Source: Lytechinus pictus (Eukaryota). Taken from it: DNA of 64,000 nt. Below are positions 24,501 to 39,500 of this stretch, piece after piece. The notes beneath the pieces were generated by a model. That model ran no database searches, was not told the origin of the DNA, and saw only the letters and a list, made by a program, of their open reading frames with translations. Numbering within the stretch: the stretch's first letter is position 1; each line of letters begins with the position of its first letter. Location: the NCBI RefSeq assembly GCF_037042905.1, contig NC_087251.1, forward strand, positions 13,642,001-13,706,000. Direction: 5' to 3'. Made by a program: the position numbers and the translations under genes.

Positions 24501-27500
24501 AGTGTCCTGGAAATAAGTTTTTTCCCCCTTCTTTCTTTGGTAAGTATAAATTGAGGATTGAAACAAAAATCATTTATATCCTGAGGCATTATTCAATACT
24601 ATTAAATATCAGGATCCAAATATATTAGAGGATGTGGTGGCAAATTGCTACACACACTTTTGGAGAGGGGGCTTGTAAAAAAAAGGCATATTTTAATGAG
24701 GTGCTAGAATGAGATTTTTATCTCAGATAAACTTTCTGGTATATATGGGTTGTGTGAACGAACTCCCCCAAATAAATATGGATTTCATAAATAGCTGTGG
24801 TAGGAAGGGGGACATAGGCAGACAGACAACAACCTTCAGAGCGTTGCTCCTGCCAAACTTTGCTTTCCGGGAGAGAAGCAAGATGACAGGACATGAGTGA
24901 CTCAGGTGACTCCAAGGGGAACTGGGAAGGGTTAGATGAGGAAAGGGAGAGGGGGGAATAAGAAGAGGAAGGGGTAAGAAACAAGAAAGGGTAGGGAGAG
25001 AGATGGAAGATGAGATGATGGGATAGATTGGAAACCCAACTGATATGAAGAAGTGCCACAGGTTACATTTAGGGAAATACTGGCTAAAGATTGTGATGGG
25101 TTTGGGCATATTGGTTTGGGGGAAACACAAGAAGATAGGAGAGATAAGATAGAGATAAAAGAAAGGATGTCTGAGATGAAGCTGACCTGAGAGAGGGATG
25201 TGAGAAGCAGAGATGCCAGATTGAAAGTGTTTGAAGTTCACTCGCAGAGGGCAATATAGAAGATCATCAATATAGATCTCAGAATGAAAGGAGTGGGGGA
25301 GGAAATGCATGTATCTACGTCCCCCAAAGAATATAATTACCTCCTCACAAATATAAGTGATAAAAACACTAAAATAGGCAATAGACTGGTCAAGGCAGAA
25401 TAAAATTCACACATGGGAGTTGAGAAAACCACAAACGTATCAAAGAGAAGGGCATTTTTTTTCCAACGAGGAGAAACCTCACATGACATGCAAGCAAATT
25501 ACACTTAAGTCTGTCTGCCTTTCAAACATACAAATGCAAATGTAATTGCTTCCCAAACTCCCTATCTTAAAACATCATGTGTGGGCAAAACATTAAAAGC
25601 AAATAAATAGTGCATTGATCTTCTTTCCTTTCATGTCTTTATGTATCATCTTTTTTCTAACATAATACTGGATGCGCCAAACAAATTAAGCCTTCATTAA
25701 TCCAATAATTAGGCAATGCCAGAGCTCATTATACTAATTTTCTAACACATTCGGATGTTGGCAAATCTTCAATTATTTTCTTTCCTTTTCCACATTCTGC
25801 CAGGGGCTACTTTGTTCATATAATACAATGTGACATCAACAAATTTTAACTACTTTGAATGAGAAGGCCATTGATAAAATATTTAAACAAAATGTAGTTC
25901 TTCATGAACAACATGCATTCATTGAAAATAAATATGTCTTATTTCATTCTGGCTCAGTTGATTGTTTTTACACTGTGAAGTAAAAAAACAAAAAATAATG
26001 TACATTATTTTCTATGCTCCCCAGGTCTGCCTAAAGTAAGTTTATTGCTTTGGACCAAAGAACTTTTAGACTTGTTGCATATTCCGGTCTAAAAATTGCT
26101 TCTTAACATTGAAATTGTTTTAATATATCTTTTAAGTCTGCGTGAGGGTATAACGTCCTGTAGTTGGAAACATGTCAAACATATAATGACAGAATGACGA
26201 GCAATCTTGACATCTCTCAACCTTACTTAGGCTGGAAGGAAACCATCAATAATGCCCAAAATGTAAGGTGGAAATGAGCCGTCGTTAGCACAGGCCGGAA
26301 ACATGGCTACCGTGCAATACCTTTTATCACTGACAGCACCAATTCCCCCAAAATATGGTTGTGTTATAATTTTGGGACATCCTTTCAATAAATGAAAACA
26401 ATGCCCAGCAAAACTAGTATTAATTTCATTCATCAAATGTACTGCTGCAAAAAAATTAAAAATAAAATAGAGGAAAAGCAAACGCCAGATAAAAGGGTTT
26501 TCTCAAATAGTTGCATGAAAGAATGTTGTATAAATATGAAATGATTACTATCTTGTGCCTGATATAACCAAGTGTTGGCAAACAGTCACACAGCCAATTG
26601 TGGAAAGCCGACATGATATCACATTAATACACATTTTTCATTGACTCAATTGAGTCTCATTTTCGTAAAAATATACACTTGGCCAACAGGAGAGTCCATA
26701 AACTGAACAAGTAAAATTATAACCAAGCCTATGAATCCCGGGCCAATTTATGATTACTTATTACTAAGAAATTCATAATTCTATAATAGTGTGTTGAAAT
26801 GGGAGGTCTGCAAACTTAGAAGAAAATTTCTGAAACAAAATAATGAAGATCTGTCATACTTGACCTGCAGCAGATTATTCTGTTTGCAAACTCCTGAAAC
26901 CTCCATGCTGATTTAGCATATTAGTTTTTTCCTCACAAATTTAGGTCAATTATAAAAAATTACAAATGTTTACCCGTTCAAGAATTTATATCTTGTTATC
27001 CCCAGACTGCAGCATCAGCAAACACTGAGGTCAAGACACTAAGAAGCAGCATCATCTAAAGTTCTGTAGATATTTCTATGATTATAATCATACATGTATG
27101 AAGAGCCCAGTTCCAAAAAGTTCTGAAATCATACGTTTCGCGTTTGCACTGAATCTATGGAAAGGTTTTGTGCATTTCATAATGGTTGCTTTCCAAATTG
27201 AAGTTCCACTCAAAATAATTATTAAAAAAATAGTAATTAATCTTAATTACAATTGGCTGCAGAACCTATTGGAACTGAGCTCATCATATTCATGAATGCA
27301 TGTCATTGGCAAAGTACCAAAAGAAATTTGTATGCAAGCTAAGCTTGATGCATGTTCACAATAACAATACTCATCAGGCTTTTCTTGTTTCCATAGAGAC
27401 AACTACAAACAATCTTACCTCTCCTGCTCCATACTTGATGACAGCATTGATGAAGGACATACAGGCTGTCTTGAAGTGAACATCATCTCGGTACTTCCCT

Positions 27501-30500
27501 GAACTTCTGTCAAGATCATTGATTAACCTCTGTAAATGAGAAATAAATTGGTTTAAAGATCATCAGTTCAGGATATGACATTATTTTTGCTAAGTTTAAG
27601 TTTGGTAGTTTGAAATGACCCTAGTTGTATCTTCAGGGCCCATCATCTTAAACCTTTGATAACAAAGTCTAAGTCAATTTAATTCATTGAGCAAATTAAT
27701 AAACAAAAATTACAAAATCATTATACCTGATACAATATAAAACTTAAAATACATAACAAAATAACACTTTATAAATCCCAACTACAATGGATTTGAATAA
27801 AGAAAGAAAATAAAGAAAAAAAAACCTATGTTTGTGATTCTTGCTTGAGATAATTGCTTGAACGCACCCAAAGAAGCTTGATATAGGAAGATGACTGATC
27901 TTCATCGTCTTCCTGTCTTATGCCAGTGTGGTTTGGAGCATCCCTTATCAACAACAGGTGCCTTGTGATCATCGTCATAGCAAACCACTCCTACCCAATG
28001 AATGGGGAGCAGTGCGGAGCCATGATGGCTGGGCCTCCCCCAAGTATCCCTTCCCCTGATGTGTGAACCACCCTGTCCCCATGAACCAACTTAATACTGC
28101 TACACAACAGAAATCAGGATATAACTGAAGTTTCCAATGGCGATGATGGAACCAGTGAGGGGGGGGGGGCACTCAAATTACATATTTATATGGGTGTGCC
28201 TCACAAAACCCTGAAATGGGGGTCTAATGAACTGATTACAAGGGTAAAATGTCTTGGGAACTCAATATGTACCTTGTGGTGTGAAAAACAGGTTCTACGG
28301 AACAGGATCGCGGTACTGTAGGTACAGCGCACGTTAGCTGTGCATAGAGCTGCTAGTGGATACTTATGGAGCTCTCACATGCGGTGCTAGTGCTCTTTTT
28401 GGCAGGGCAGGGGAAATGAGATGTTTTGTAACAGGGGTCTTGCAAGTGGGGCGGGGCGGCTTCTGAACAGAACTTTTGTCATTCCGAGTATCTAGATCTT
28501 GCCAGGAGGTTTTTATCAAATCAATGTTTTAAAAATCTGATATATCATACTTTGATATTCCAAATTTATTGGAGTGGGGGGTAATTTTCCTGTGGCTGGG
28601 GTCAATTTGTATATGATTTTTTGTTAAGGAGCAATATATGACAAAAAGGTGAGTAATTACAATTCTCTTCGTCATCAAATATGAATGACATTAGAAATGA
28701 ATACCGTGTTTAGGACATATCTTCTTAAATACAATGGATGTTTATAAAATAAGTATGTCTTTATATTGTAAGATTCCCACTGTTAATCTAAAGTGACATG
28801 ATCTTCTTCGAATCACTTACATTGTATCACATGCATTTAAGGATGTGTTTCTACTCATTTTGATAATTTAAAACAAATGAAGTAGATTATCATAATGAAC
28901 TCTTCAATGGGGCAAGAAATTCTGTGTTACGTCCATTTTCACTGGCCCATAGGAATTACTTTAGTATGACACACCATGGACATGGAAAAACATGTGAAAC
29001 CACAATTATGACTCAACTCCTTCAGATGTTCAAGGAACTGGGGAAGATCATCCAGGAGAGTTGGGGGAGAATGGATGTAAAGGAGACAAAAAATACGAAA
29101 ATTAGAGAAGTGAAAAGAGGGGAGCTATGGACTGGAAGAGATAGGAGTATTGGATGGGAGCTAGGATTATAAAATACAACTCACACACTAAATGGCAAGT
29201 CATTGATATTACTTTCCTAAAAAAATATCTAAACATTTGGTATTATTTAAATACACTGAATCACACAAATGTATAGGTACATATTGTTGAAAAATAAAAA
29301 GGTAATTTTTCTCAATTACATGCACATGCAAGCCTAGCATTTTGCTATGACCTTAGAAAAAAAGTTTGGCAACCATTCCCTTTAGATCCAATCTGATCGT
29401 TGCCCCAAACCCCAACCCCACCCTCAAGTATATTGTATAACAGGTGACTGGGATTAACCAAATCAAAGGAGAGGGTGAGAGAGAGAGAATAAGATCTTGG
29501 TAGATATCACAACATAATGAGTAGTCATTGACATCTGTTATCTTGTGACTACAATATTTATAAATGGAAGTACTAACTGGGCCATGACTGATGATGAAGT
29601 CCAATCTGGTCCACAGGTCATGAGGAATGACCCTGAAGATATGAAGGATGTAAAAAGATCGATGTTGCTGGCAATATCAATATCACTAAAAAGGGGCCCT
29701 TTTCAGCCTTCAAGGCTTTGGTAGACATTCAATATGAATAATATTGCACAATCATTTAACATTCTCTAACAAAAGTGTGATGACCAAAATCATTCTACAC
29801 CGATTCATTGAATTTCATTAAATGTAAAAATTCAATTGGAATATTGATCTGATTAAGTGCGTTCTCTTGGTTATTTCTCATGATAAAAGACCTCAAGAAA
29901 AGTCAAATGAGTTTGAAACCTCTTCTTTCACAATTTGCAATATCACAGATGTTATAATAATTAATGGCAACTATTATGCAACAAATGGTGGTCATTTGTA
30001 TCAGATAAGATCCACCTCTGTCAGAAATGTACCACATGGGATGACATCTTGATCACTTTACTCCGTTTCCTCCTAATTAATGAAGCGTCTATACCATATA
30101 GGGTTACTCATAAAACCTCAGTTTCCTACAAACCTCAAACTCTGCAGGACAATGTTTTTTTATAAAAACAAAACATTTGGTATTCCTCATTAAGTAGGCT
30201 TTGGCAGACATGAAAAGATAATAAGGAAATGACAGTTTTCAGATCAATCCCCGTTTCCATCCCTTTTTAATGTTATTAGCCAGATGCTGTTCATTTCTTT
30301 AAATCTTATTTGTTAGCAAAATAATTAGTTTTCTCACCAAACAGGGGTTAGAAAATATGAAATGATAAAGGAACTACTTAATTACTTCAGATGAATCTAT
30401 ATTTCCCCATTCAGACTTCATAGACTTTCCTTCTACCCATAAAAGATGTCTTATTCTTTTTGTCTGATTAATATTTTCTAACAACAAAACAATTGGCATT

Positions 30501-33500
30501 CTTCATGAAGTACACTTATATCAAATAACAATTCAATGATCTACACTCCAAAGATAAATCTAACTTCCTTAATGTTATGATTATTAGAGCTATGGTTAAC
30601 ATAAATAACAGCTCACAAAGTGAATAGGTGATTAGCATGAGTAGACACAGAAAAGTATTGAGTAACATGAACATGTCATAATGTGGAGCGTTGTGGCCCA
30701 GTGGATTAGTCTTCGGACTTTGAAACAGAGGGTCGTGGGTTCGAATCCCAGCCATGGCATAATTTTCTTCGGCAAGAAATTTATCCACATTGTGCTGCAC
30801 TCGACCCAGGTGAGATGAATGGGTACCTTGCAGGAATTTATTCCTTGAAATGCCAACATGCTGTAAAAGACTGCGGGGCTAAAGCCAGGGTAATAATATC
30901 CAATTAAGTGTATAGGGAAGCATTTGGCAGTGATATGCGCTATATAAGCATTTTGGTATACATATATATTTTTTTAATACAAATTTTCAGCATTACTCCT
31001 ATGTGTTTAAGATCGCATGCTTGATCTGTAATGAAAATCATAAATCATAAATCTTAAACACATAGAAGTAATGCCGAAAATTTGTTTAATAAAAATTATA
31101 ATTTACTCCTATTAAAGCCTCTTTATTTACATTTTGGTATTATTATAATATAATCATGATATATATATATCCTTTATAATATGATAGGCTGGGAAGGGTT
31201 ATTATAAAGGTATCATAATATGCAATGCTGTGTTTAAGCAATTTTCTAAAGGATGAAATAGAACCTAATACACATGAAATGAAAGATGTTTACTTATTTT
31301 TATTTTTTGTACATGGATAGCAATTGGCAATCAATGAAAGATTCTGCCCCCCCTCCCCCTAAAAAATAATGGGGGAGGGTGGGCAGGATGGTAAGCATTG
31401 AGTAGTCTGCAGGGACAGACCATTGGTTTTCGCAATTCCCATAGCTCATAATGCAGAGTCTGAATTAGTGAGTCTAGATTTACTATGTACTGTGGCTGGC
31501 TCTTATTTGACACAGAGAGTTTGGCGTCTAGTCTTCACTCTAGACATGGCAGTGTCGTATATGAGTCTGCACTTGCAGACTATTAAGCATTAAGTTACAA
31601 GTTTGGTTTACTTTCATTTTCAAATCAAGTAATTCTAAAAATCTTTCTGCGTCATATCTTAATCTTAAATCTTAAATTCTTCTTGCATGATTTACATTTA
31701 CAAAATAACCATGGACCTATTACAAAATAACGTTGCATTCCCAGTGAAAACAGATGCTTAACCTCTTTGGGTGGATGAGTTTCTACCATGACATCAATCA
31801 ACACCTGGGATTCAGACATCTGCCGCTTTTTATTTCTGTCTCTAAAATAGTTCTACACTATTCAATTTTGACAATATCTGGGAAAAGCAGTAATTTTGAT
31901 AAAAACAAACTGACTGTGCTGGAAAACTTGGCAAAGGAGTACCTTAAATGTCAAAATATCAGTACATAAATGAGTTTCGGATGCACATGGTCTGTAATGT
32001 CAAGTGATTTCAAAATTTGGACCCAAAATAGACTTTCTCTACGGTAGCTTTGACACCCTGTGGGAGTTCAGAGTCGGTAATTATCCACCAAAGTCATTAA
32101 TGATTCATCCCTGAAGAAGCGTTCACACTGCCGGTGTGTTTTGTTTCTGGTGACAGCTGAAACAAACCTGCTTTTATACCTCTATGAGGCAGGGGTAAAA
32201 CGGAATGGTTTGACAAATGAAAGGGGGCATCCACATTGCGAGTATTACCAACCATGTGAGGATGTTGGCAGGAATAAATTCTAGAGTAATTCCTAATTAA
32301 GATCTGCAATAATATAATAATAATATAGCATTTATGAGGGGCCAATTATCTAGTTGCTATTACCGCGGCTTTAGCACCAGCTGCTAAAGGCGCTTGGTGC
32401 ATTTAAGGAATTAATCCTGCCGGGTACCCTTTCATCTCACCTGGGTTGAGTGCAGCACAATGTGAGTACATTTCTTTCTGAAGGAAAACACATCATAGCT
32501 GGGATTTGAACCCACATCTCTCAGATTAAGAGACAAGAGTTGTAACCACTTGACCACATAAATATGAAACAATTGTTTGGTGCATATCATATCATGCAGA
32601 CAAACTCCTCAAGTTTTAAAATGCAAATGTTGATATTCTCAAATCCTGACCTACATGTAAATGTATTACTAGTACCTGCTCGAGAAGAAGACAAACATTT
32701 TAAAGAAAAACTGTTTTCATCCCAGAATATACTTTTTCTTTTACGGCTATCTTCCCTTCATCAATGGTAAAATCAACTCCATAGCTCCCTTTATACTGTA
32801 GCCCCTTTTCCTAAGAAATCTTGCAAAAGCCCTATCAAAGAGGATGCAAGTCTCAAAGTCACAAGGTAGCAATCATATGGGTTATGGGTCAATTTCTTCA
32901 AAGTAAATTTCCCCAGTGCCAATAACACACCTCATTGAGGACCCATCATCTCCCTTCGGTTTCTTAATCAGACCTCGTTTCTTGCGAGTCATCTCGGTAC
33001 AGAAAGAAACAGGTGACCTGTTCATGGTTGATTAATTAATTTCTTCTCCTGTTCAAGGGCCATTTACACTTCATAATGCCAAATTTTGTGATGCTTACAA
33101 ATACAATGATGGTAGTTATTTTTTTCAGAACTTAAACATAGATTCATTTTATTATGGTAGTAAAAATTGTTCACACCCTTGTAACATGTTAGAAGGCAGA
33201 TATCTAGGAAAAACCAAAGGCCGCACTAAGGTCCATGGAAAAACTGACCTTGGGATGGTGCTGTAACACTTGAATAAGGACAAAAACTGCCCCCTCTTCT
33301 TCCAATATCTCAATGTGGTGAAATTGCACCCACTTTATATTTTCTGATGCTGAAGATTTCTTTTGGTGTTTTAATTGAATTTCTCGTTTTTGAGCCCCAT
33401 GAGATGGTCGTCTTTGGCAATTGTTGCCCTTATTCCCCCCACAAGACATTACTTTACACAGGCATTGATATTTGACCTTAAATTTCATCACATTGAAGGT

Positions 33501-36500
33501 CAAATACTACTTAATCAAAATCAAGGTTAATAAAAAATAAACATGTGATATCCCTATTAAATCATTAAACACATAGTCACAATTGGATTTGTTTCCTTAT
33601 TCCATCATATATTCTGAAGTGAACAAACATGTAGTTGTAAGGCTCCCTTAAAAGATTATATGACAGCTTTAATCAATTATAAAGTCACAATGTTGTTTGT
33701 AAATCATCCTTGGCTTGTGGAAACAAATACATCCTTCTGCAGTTTCGTTGAGGGCTTGGAGATTGCAGACAGATATCCTTTTAGAAAGTCACAATCAACA
33801 GATTCTTTTTAGTAAAATTATTTCCAAGTTTTGATTGGCAAGACCCCGGATCAAAGGTGTATTCAAACATGATGCAAAAGATTACCTTGATATATTACCA
33901 TGGAAAAAATATGACAACTGTTATTTTAATGGACATATATTTCTGGAAAATGTCATTCACAGAGATAAAAGGGACGCTGATAGGGATTTGGGTGAAATAA
34001 GAGATTTTCTGAAACTTTCTCCAATAGACATGTGTGCAACAAAATTTTGAGAAAAATGTATTTTTCATAAAACCTGCAGTATTTTTGTGTAAAAAGGGAA
34101 ATAAAAAATGCAAAAAGGAACAGCATGCAACTCTGAGGACAACTTCAGGGCTTATATTGCTACCAAACTATTCTCATATCATGTTTTTAATTGAAAAGCT
34201 ATGTTTGATAATACTATCATACAATTGAAATTGGTGTGAAAGTTAACACGAGTATAGAAATTATATTCATGCCAACTGCCAAGAACATGTTTTTATTTCT
34301 GTGAAGCATCAAGTTTGAACAAGGCAATATGAGACTTTCAACATGAAGCAGATGGAAACCCTCATTATTCCTGTATAAGATTTCAGGCTCAAAATACTGT
34401 TTTGATGATTTTCGATTCTGATTAGGACAATCCCTGGGTTTATTAAGGACAGTCGTTCAGGGCTTCAGACATCCTTCAATAAAAAAAACCCTTGCTGACT
34501 TTCATATACAAATCAGGAGTTAGTATGGGTCATATTTTTATAAATATAGGCCTATATGATGCACCAGCTGATAGATTACTAAGTCTATAAGCTAATTTGA
34601 TAATCTTAGTAATCATAAAGAAATATTTATTTGATACCCAAATTGTGACATTGATTTATGGAAATATTCCTTTAAACTGTGTAACATGAATAGCAAAAGC
34701 TTTGTTAAAAATGACAAGCATGCATATTTTCATGTTATAAACTACACCCTTTTTTCATCTACATAATTAAATATACTTGTCTCAACATACATTTTGACCA
34801 AATATTGCAGTTTCACTACAGATCTAGGGTTGTTGGATATTTTCACATTATGAATTCATACATCATGTGTTAACAAAAATGTTCATAACCAAACAGCTTG
34901 ACATTGAATTGTTAATAGAAAATCTTTCCTTCTTTTACAAAACACGAGACTGCTGAGAATTTGACACGTTTAATAAAAAGCACTTAAATCCTCGCTCAAA
35001 TGTGATAACCATGAAATTGTGGATGCAAATGTCTTTCCTTCTTTTACCCCCCCCCCCCCTTCTAAAAAATACAATAAGACTGCTGAGTACCAAAGTTGAA
35101 GAATATGTTCCAAAACACTGAAGCCCTGCTAAAATCAAATATTATATTTACTCCTAACTATTCTGCAGCCTTATATGGATAACTAGTATGTTGCACGAAA
35201 ATATCACAAAAAAGATGAAAGCCCCTTTGTCTACAAGACATGATATATTTGTATATTTACTCCATATATATTCCATAGAACTATATATTACAAGTGAACT
35301 TCCCATAACCCCGATAAGAAAATAAAGTACCCTTGGCAGTCTCTGAGTGCAAATAAAATAGGAGAATTCCATTTCTATGGATGGGTAGGAGAAGAGGGTA
35401 TTGCTTTGCCTGTTGACCTTTATTTCAACCAAAGATGAGGGAGATAGGAGATCATTCTGTGACACTGTACAAAAGAGGGTATAAAGGGCATCCTTGGGGA
35501 ATCCCCTAAGTGTAATTTGATAAATCATCTGTTGACAGCTGCATATGGCAATACAAGTTCAATGATATCTTTGAGAGAGAACCACATCTCCCATGCTGAA
35601 ACACTCTCAAATCAGAGGCATACAAAAAGGAAAATAATTTTCACCATCCATACGGACGGACGACGTTATTTTTTCCTTCTTATTACATGTATGTGTTCTC
35701 CAATAACACTACACACAGAGTCTCCACAATATTCTTTGCATAACATGGGAGGAATGACCACCCCCCCAAAAAAAAAATTCATTGCCAAAAAGTATTGATC
35801 ATTAATTTTCTGTTTCAAGCTGCAAATCAAAACCAAATGACTTATCAGAGCAGACGAGGGTGTCCCATTACTACACATCTCAACTGATTAATCCCTTTCG
35901 ACTGAGAAAGGAAAAAGGTTGTCACTCTTTTCATTCTTATCGTAATACCATCTCTCAGTTTCTTAATCCTCCCATACCTAATTGCTCGCTCCCATCAAAT
36001 TTTCCTGTCAAACGCATTGACGAATATTCTTGCTTCGTAACGAGCTCCCAAATTAGGACTGATTTCATTATGTTCATCTATGTCGAGCTTGTAATTGGGA
36101 AAAAATTGATGATTCATTGCAGGCCCCCCTTCTTCAATGAAGAAAGGGAGTTTCTTTTCTTTGTTACAAGGTGGAGAATCACTTGATGACAAGTCTAATC
36201 ACTTTTCAAGAACAATTATTTTGCTTTAAGCAGAGATATAGCGATATATATTTTGGAATTCAGAAAGCAATTTTAAATATGATACATAATGCATCTTACA
36301 ATTTTGAGCGGTGTTTAAGTTTGAGCGGTTGAAATGATGTCACTCACGTGCAAGTTGACTATGATCAAGAAGGATGACAGAATGAAAGTGGCGAGGTTCT
36401 CAATTCTGATAGTCGGCGAGGGTGAGAACCTGACGCATGCGCAATGCCTTAAAATGACATCTCGTACCAGTCATCTAAGTGGACATATGATTCTAACAGT

Positions 36501-39500
36501 GCTTATTGGCTTTTATAAAACTGACTTGTCACACTTATAAGTAGAGCTTGAACATTAACTTTCACAAACTAAAAAGGTTATTTTTGCCCATTTTCCTGTC
36601 ATGGTTATTACCTCCTTTAATTTCTCAGTTTTCATGCTACAGGGCAGGGTATTCTAAGAAAAAAAATTTACATCAAAGATTCAGTGATAAGCATTTGGGC
36701 TTCATTTTGCAACATAGATCTTAACATTGATAAATTTAAATTTTGCCTTTTCTATGCACTCTAGCCCTTACTTGACTTGGAATGAGTGAATACTATATAC
36801 CAAAATACCCGAAATTCTGCTAATAAATCCAAATACCATTATTATCATCCTTTTTGGGGGAGTAGGGAAACTCTCACTCTTCACAGGTAATCATAGCAAC
36901 CTCAGCATATCTTCAAATAATAATGCCACAAGACATAAGAAATTAATCTATGATGGGTCGATGGCGTGACAGTCGAGGACAACAAAGATGTTTCCCATAT
37001 CTTTGGAAACCCACTTTCCCTTGCTCCTAGCCTTCTCTCCTCCGTGCCTACCTCCCCTCCATAAGGAATAAATGGAATGACTGTCATGTCTGCTAGGCTT
37101 CTGTCTAGACTTTCTGGTAATTAGGTTAAATAATTAAGTTGTTGGAAGAGAATCCCTCATGGCAGAGGCATGGTTGCTTTAGGAAGGAGCTACTCTTCAG
37201 TGATGTCTTAATTGTAACAATGTGGCAAGGAAACTTGGAAATGACATGGCTTGCAGCAAAAAAAAGTTGATCAAGGGATGGTTTTATTGATTGGATTTTA
37301 CAAGGCATTGAAAGCTCTGCCATTTTGAGCTTGAATATTGGTAACATGGAAACCCCAACCCCTAAACGTTTGCTGCCTGATTTCAAGCTGTTCTGCAAAT
37401 TTGAGAAAAAAAATATAAATACCAGGATATAGCTTTTCATTGAATCTGAATGAGTTATTCTGCAACGGGAGATTTAAAAAATTTTAAATTCTTTTGGATT
37501 TTCTAATAAAATAAATATTCATAAACTGCAATGTCTACTGTATTCAGAAACGAGATACAGACACCAAAACATTTTGATGGTACCATAAAATTGTTTATTG
37601 CTTTCAAAGATATGGATCGCTGGAATAACACACCCATGCCCCTAGCTGAATTTGAACTTGAAAATGAAATTGATGCTGATATCACATGATTTTTCTCTGA
37701 TATTTTGATATCTGATTTCCGAATACACTATGACCCTTGTTCTGAAGTAAAGCATGGTGATAAAAAGTAGGTTGGACAGCTGAAAAGATTTACAGCTGGC
37801 ATTAAAGAAATTTAAGAAATTTGTAACCATGACATTTCTTGAAAATGTGATATGACATTTAATCAGGAGGATATTTTTACTCATTCTAAACAGTGGTCCT
37901 ATTTCTCTGTATGGAAATTGAGAGGGGATATTGAAGAAGCTTTACATTCCTAAATGGATAAAGCGACTTGCTGTAATCAGATTAAATTGGAACTGAAGAT
38001 GGGCCAAGTCATTTAGTCCTATCTCCATTAGCCTTTATTTCTGATCTGGAAATTAACCAAATTAGATCAATCCCAAGGATATTTTTACAAAGGAAGCAAT
38101 CAGCAGGTTATTTAATGGGAATCCTCCCAAGAGTACAACAAACCCAAGACAAATTTCTTTTTTTTCTTTCAAAATTGTGCATATCTGGTGAATAATCTAG
38201 CAAGTTGCTAGGGAAGGCACACTTTGGTTTTAGCTACGGAAAAATTATTCATACCATATTGCATACTACCCAAAATGTGGGGGCCCCGAAATATGCTTCA
38301 TAACCCAAGGTAAAAAAAAAATCAGGTCCAAGTGAAAATTCCCCAACTTTGGCTGATAGAAATGGGTTTTACAATTAACCCTGAATATGAGAGCATTCCG
38401 TGAAGTTTTGCTCTGTGATTTTCTGAGCTTAATTGCTCTTAGCCAATCAGATGTAAGGATTTTCAGTAGCTTGTAACATGTGTCAGTGAAAATCACTGAA
38501 ATCTAGAGCTACAATCTGCAGATTGAGCAAACTCAGGCCGATGAAGAACCACCTATTATGTACTATCAGATGACAGTATCAAGATGATCAGAGTATTTCA
38601 TTGCACCAAATAACATATCTATTACATTGGTATGAGTTTCATAATCTTTAAAGGAGATTAAAAGACCAGCACAAAAGTGTGATATTTGCGTTTTTCTGCA
38701 GAGCTGCTAATCCTACTCTAGGTCTTCTTGTTTAGTAAACATTCAAATGTTCTACTGCCTACCTATTCTATCCGAAGGAAGGCTGTACAGTGTACATAGA
38801 GAGATCAATGTTGATCTAATTGTATTTCAGAATTTAATTCATCTTAGTATAGTAATAAAGTTTTTGATATTTACATAAGAACAGCACTGCAACTTTTGAA
38901 GAAAATTTACCTTTTATTCTGGATCATATGCCATCAATTTGAAATGATAATTTAAAAATATTTCAATTTTTATCATCCAAATATTTGCAATTCATGTTCT
39001 GTTGATTGATTTTTTCCTTGTTATCTTGATTATTTACATGTAAAACAAACTTTCAATGCAAAATCTTTATGAATTGTAGAGTTTCCAAATTACAATATTA
39101 TCTGACTTATACTTATTTTGTTATATCTCTATTGTAGAATCTGGGCCCCATAACGCAAAACTTAGCGATTGATCGTATAATTGATTTGTGCCTCTGATTG
39201 CCCATAATAATCAATGCAATTAATTGTAAAAATAAGCCCTACAATTAATCATAGGCTGGGTCCTGATACGAAATCAATGTGATCCCATTCCAAATATTTC
39301 CAATCAACTTAATGAAGAGAGATTTCTCAATCAATCAAGTCAATTAAAGAAATTCAAGCCTCCTGTGATGGAGTGAGACCAATCTGCAGCAAACCAATCA
39401 ATGGAATATGGGCCCTGTCTTACAAAGAAAGGTGTTTGATCAAATCGATCACAAATATGGAAAGCCATGAATGTCATAATCAGTCATGTAGAAGAGGTAA

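Noticed and set aside
24723..25310. 195-aa minus-strand ORF
   Set aside because: Arises from a low-complexity pyrimidine tract; Leu/Ser/Pro/Phe-biased with no domain.
30685..30757. tRNA-like sequence (TTG loop) as a tRNA gene
   Set aside because: Acceptor and anticodon stems pair poorly and the sequence continues into a SINE body with a second copy at 32.3-32.6 kb.
36170..36620. Possible third TTAA-AGG MITE
   Set aside because: The right end CCT-TTAA is present but no matching left TIR or TSD could be identified.
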